A DNA stretch of 61,092 nucleotides from Acidimicrobiales bacterium. GTDB lineage: Bacteria > Actinomycetota > Acidimicrobiia > Acidimicrobiales > RAAP-2. Under the pieces are notes generated by a model, which worked only from the letters and a program-made list of their open reading frames with translations, was not told the origin of the DNA and searched no databases. Position numbers and translations under genes: made by a program. How positions within the stretch are numbered: the stretch's first letter is position 1; each line of letters opens with the position of its first letter. Shown one piece after another: positions 60,438-61,092 of the stretch. The stretch lies in assembly GCA_017883025.1 (NCBI GenBank), contig JADGOH010000042.1, forward strand, positions 1 through 61,092, written 5' to 3'.

Positions 60438-61092
60438 ATGGCATCCGACCACACCTCCGGCAAGCCCTCGGCCGAGCGCGTCACCGACTCCGGCATCACC
60501 ATCAATCAGGTCTACGGACCGGACGACCTGAGCGGCTGGGACCCGGCCGAGCAGTTGGGCACACCCGGCACCTTCCCCTACACCCGGGGGATCCGTCCCG
60601 ACATGTACCGGGGCCGGTTGTGGACGATGCGTCAGTACGCCGGCTTCGGCACGGCCGAGGCCACCAACGAGCGGTTCAAGTTCCTGCTCGACGCCGGCCA
60701 GACCGGCCTGTCGTGCGCCTTCGACCTGCCCACCCAGATGGGGTACGACTCGGACCACCCGCGCTCCGAGGGCGAGGTCGGCAAGGTCGGCGTGGCCATC
60801 GACACCCTCGAGGACATGCGCTCCCTGCTCGCCGGCCTGCCGCTCGACAAGGTCACCACGTCGATGACCATCAACGCCACGGCCGCCATCCTGCTGCTGT
60901 TCTACCAACTGGTCGCCGAGGAGGACGGCGTCGACCCCAAGCTGCTGGGCGGCACCATCCAGAACGACATCCTGAAGGAGTACGTCGCCCAGAAGGAGTT
61001 CCTCTTCCCGCCGGAGCCGTCACTGCGCCTGGTGACGGACACGATCGAGTTCGGGACCAGGGAGATGCCGCGCTGGAACACGATCTCGATCA
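60438..61092 (+). CDS. acyl-CoA mutase large subunit (methylmalonyl-/isobutyryl-CoA mutase family), 5' part; runs off the window end
   Basis: My own translation from ATG 60438 gives [63 protein letters not shown]...IQNDILKEY. It is absent from the ORF track because no stop lies within the window. Confidence 0.9.
   Translation, partial: MASDHTSGKPSAERVTDSGITINQVYGPDDLSGWDPAEQLGTPGTFPYTRGIRPDMYRGRLWTMRQYAGFGTAEATNERFKFLLDAGQTGLSCAFDLPTQMGYDSDHPRSEGEVGKVGVAIDTLEDMRSLLAGLPLDKVTTSMTINATAAILLLFYQLVAEEDGVDPKLLGGTIQNDILKEYVAQKEFLFPPEPSLRLVTDTIEFGTREMPRWNTISI

Noticed and set aside
1-61092. CRISPR arrays, IS elements or transposases, integrases, prophage or defence-system genes, and tRNA or rRNA genes.
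   Set aside because: I saw no repeat-spacer periodicity, no DDE, tyrosine-recombinase or serine-recombinase-like ORFs, and no non-coding gap long enough for an rRNA. No tRNA-like T-arm motifs were noticed in the spacers. A tRNAscan/Infernal run would be the definitive check.

Overview
This is a 61-kb, roughly 70% G+C, gene-dense segment. I support about 58 CDS and 2 probable pseudogenes. I found no rRNA or tRNA genes, transposases, integrases, CRISPR arrays or prophage signatures. It reads as chromosomal core from an Actinomycetota-like genome. That placement is an inference from GC3 near 90% in real frames, frequent GTG starts, apparent leaderless starts, a Rieske gene inside the suf cluster, an LCP protein and a DlaT-like E2.

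Content by theme:
- Fe-S cluster biogenesis: sufB, sufD, a Rieske gene, sufC, and a second convergent sufC-sufS-sufU set.
- 2-oxoacid dehydrogenase and lipoylation: aceE, lpd, E2, and lipB fused to lipA.
- Cobalamin-linked enzymes: metH, a PduO-type adenosyltransferase, and the 5' part of an acyl-CoA mutase.
- Acyl-CoA metabolism: 2 acyl-CoA dehydrogenases, MaoC, a crotonase, a CoA-transferase and 4 SDRs.
- Hydrolases: 4 alpha/beta hydrolases and 2 MBL-fold proteins.
- Peptidases: ptrB, pepA and an M24 peptidase.
- Others: mutY, rnhA, thiE, gpsA, an ABC-2 exporter with a methyltransferase, a Tat-lipoprotein phosphoesterase and several membrane proteins of unknown function.

I did not find an obvious mobile or defence island. 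The most unusual observations are:
- a rearranged SUF locus with two different sufC genes and a small 4-Cys ORF behind sufB;
- an in-frame LipB-LipA fusion;
- a ThiF/MoeB E1-like enzyme with its rhodanese domain at the N-terminus;
- a frame-hopping SDR pseudogene;
- AT-rich palindromic or direct-repeat candidate operators upstream of sufB and lpd.

All family calls rest on motif recognition by eye. No database search was run.
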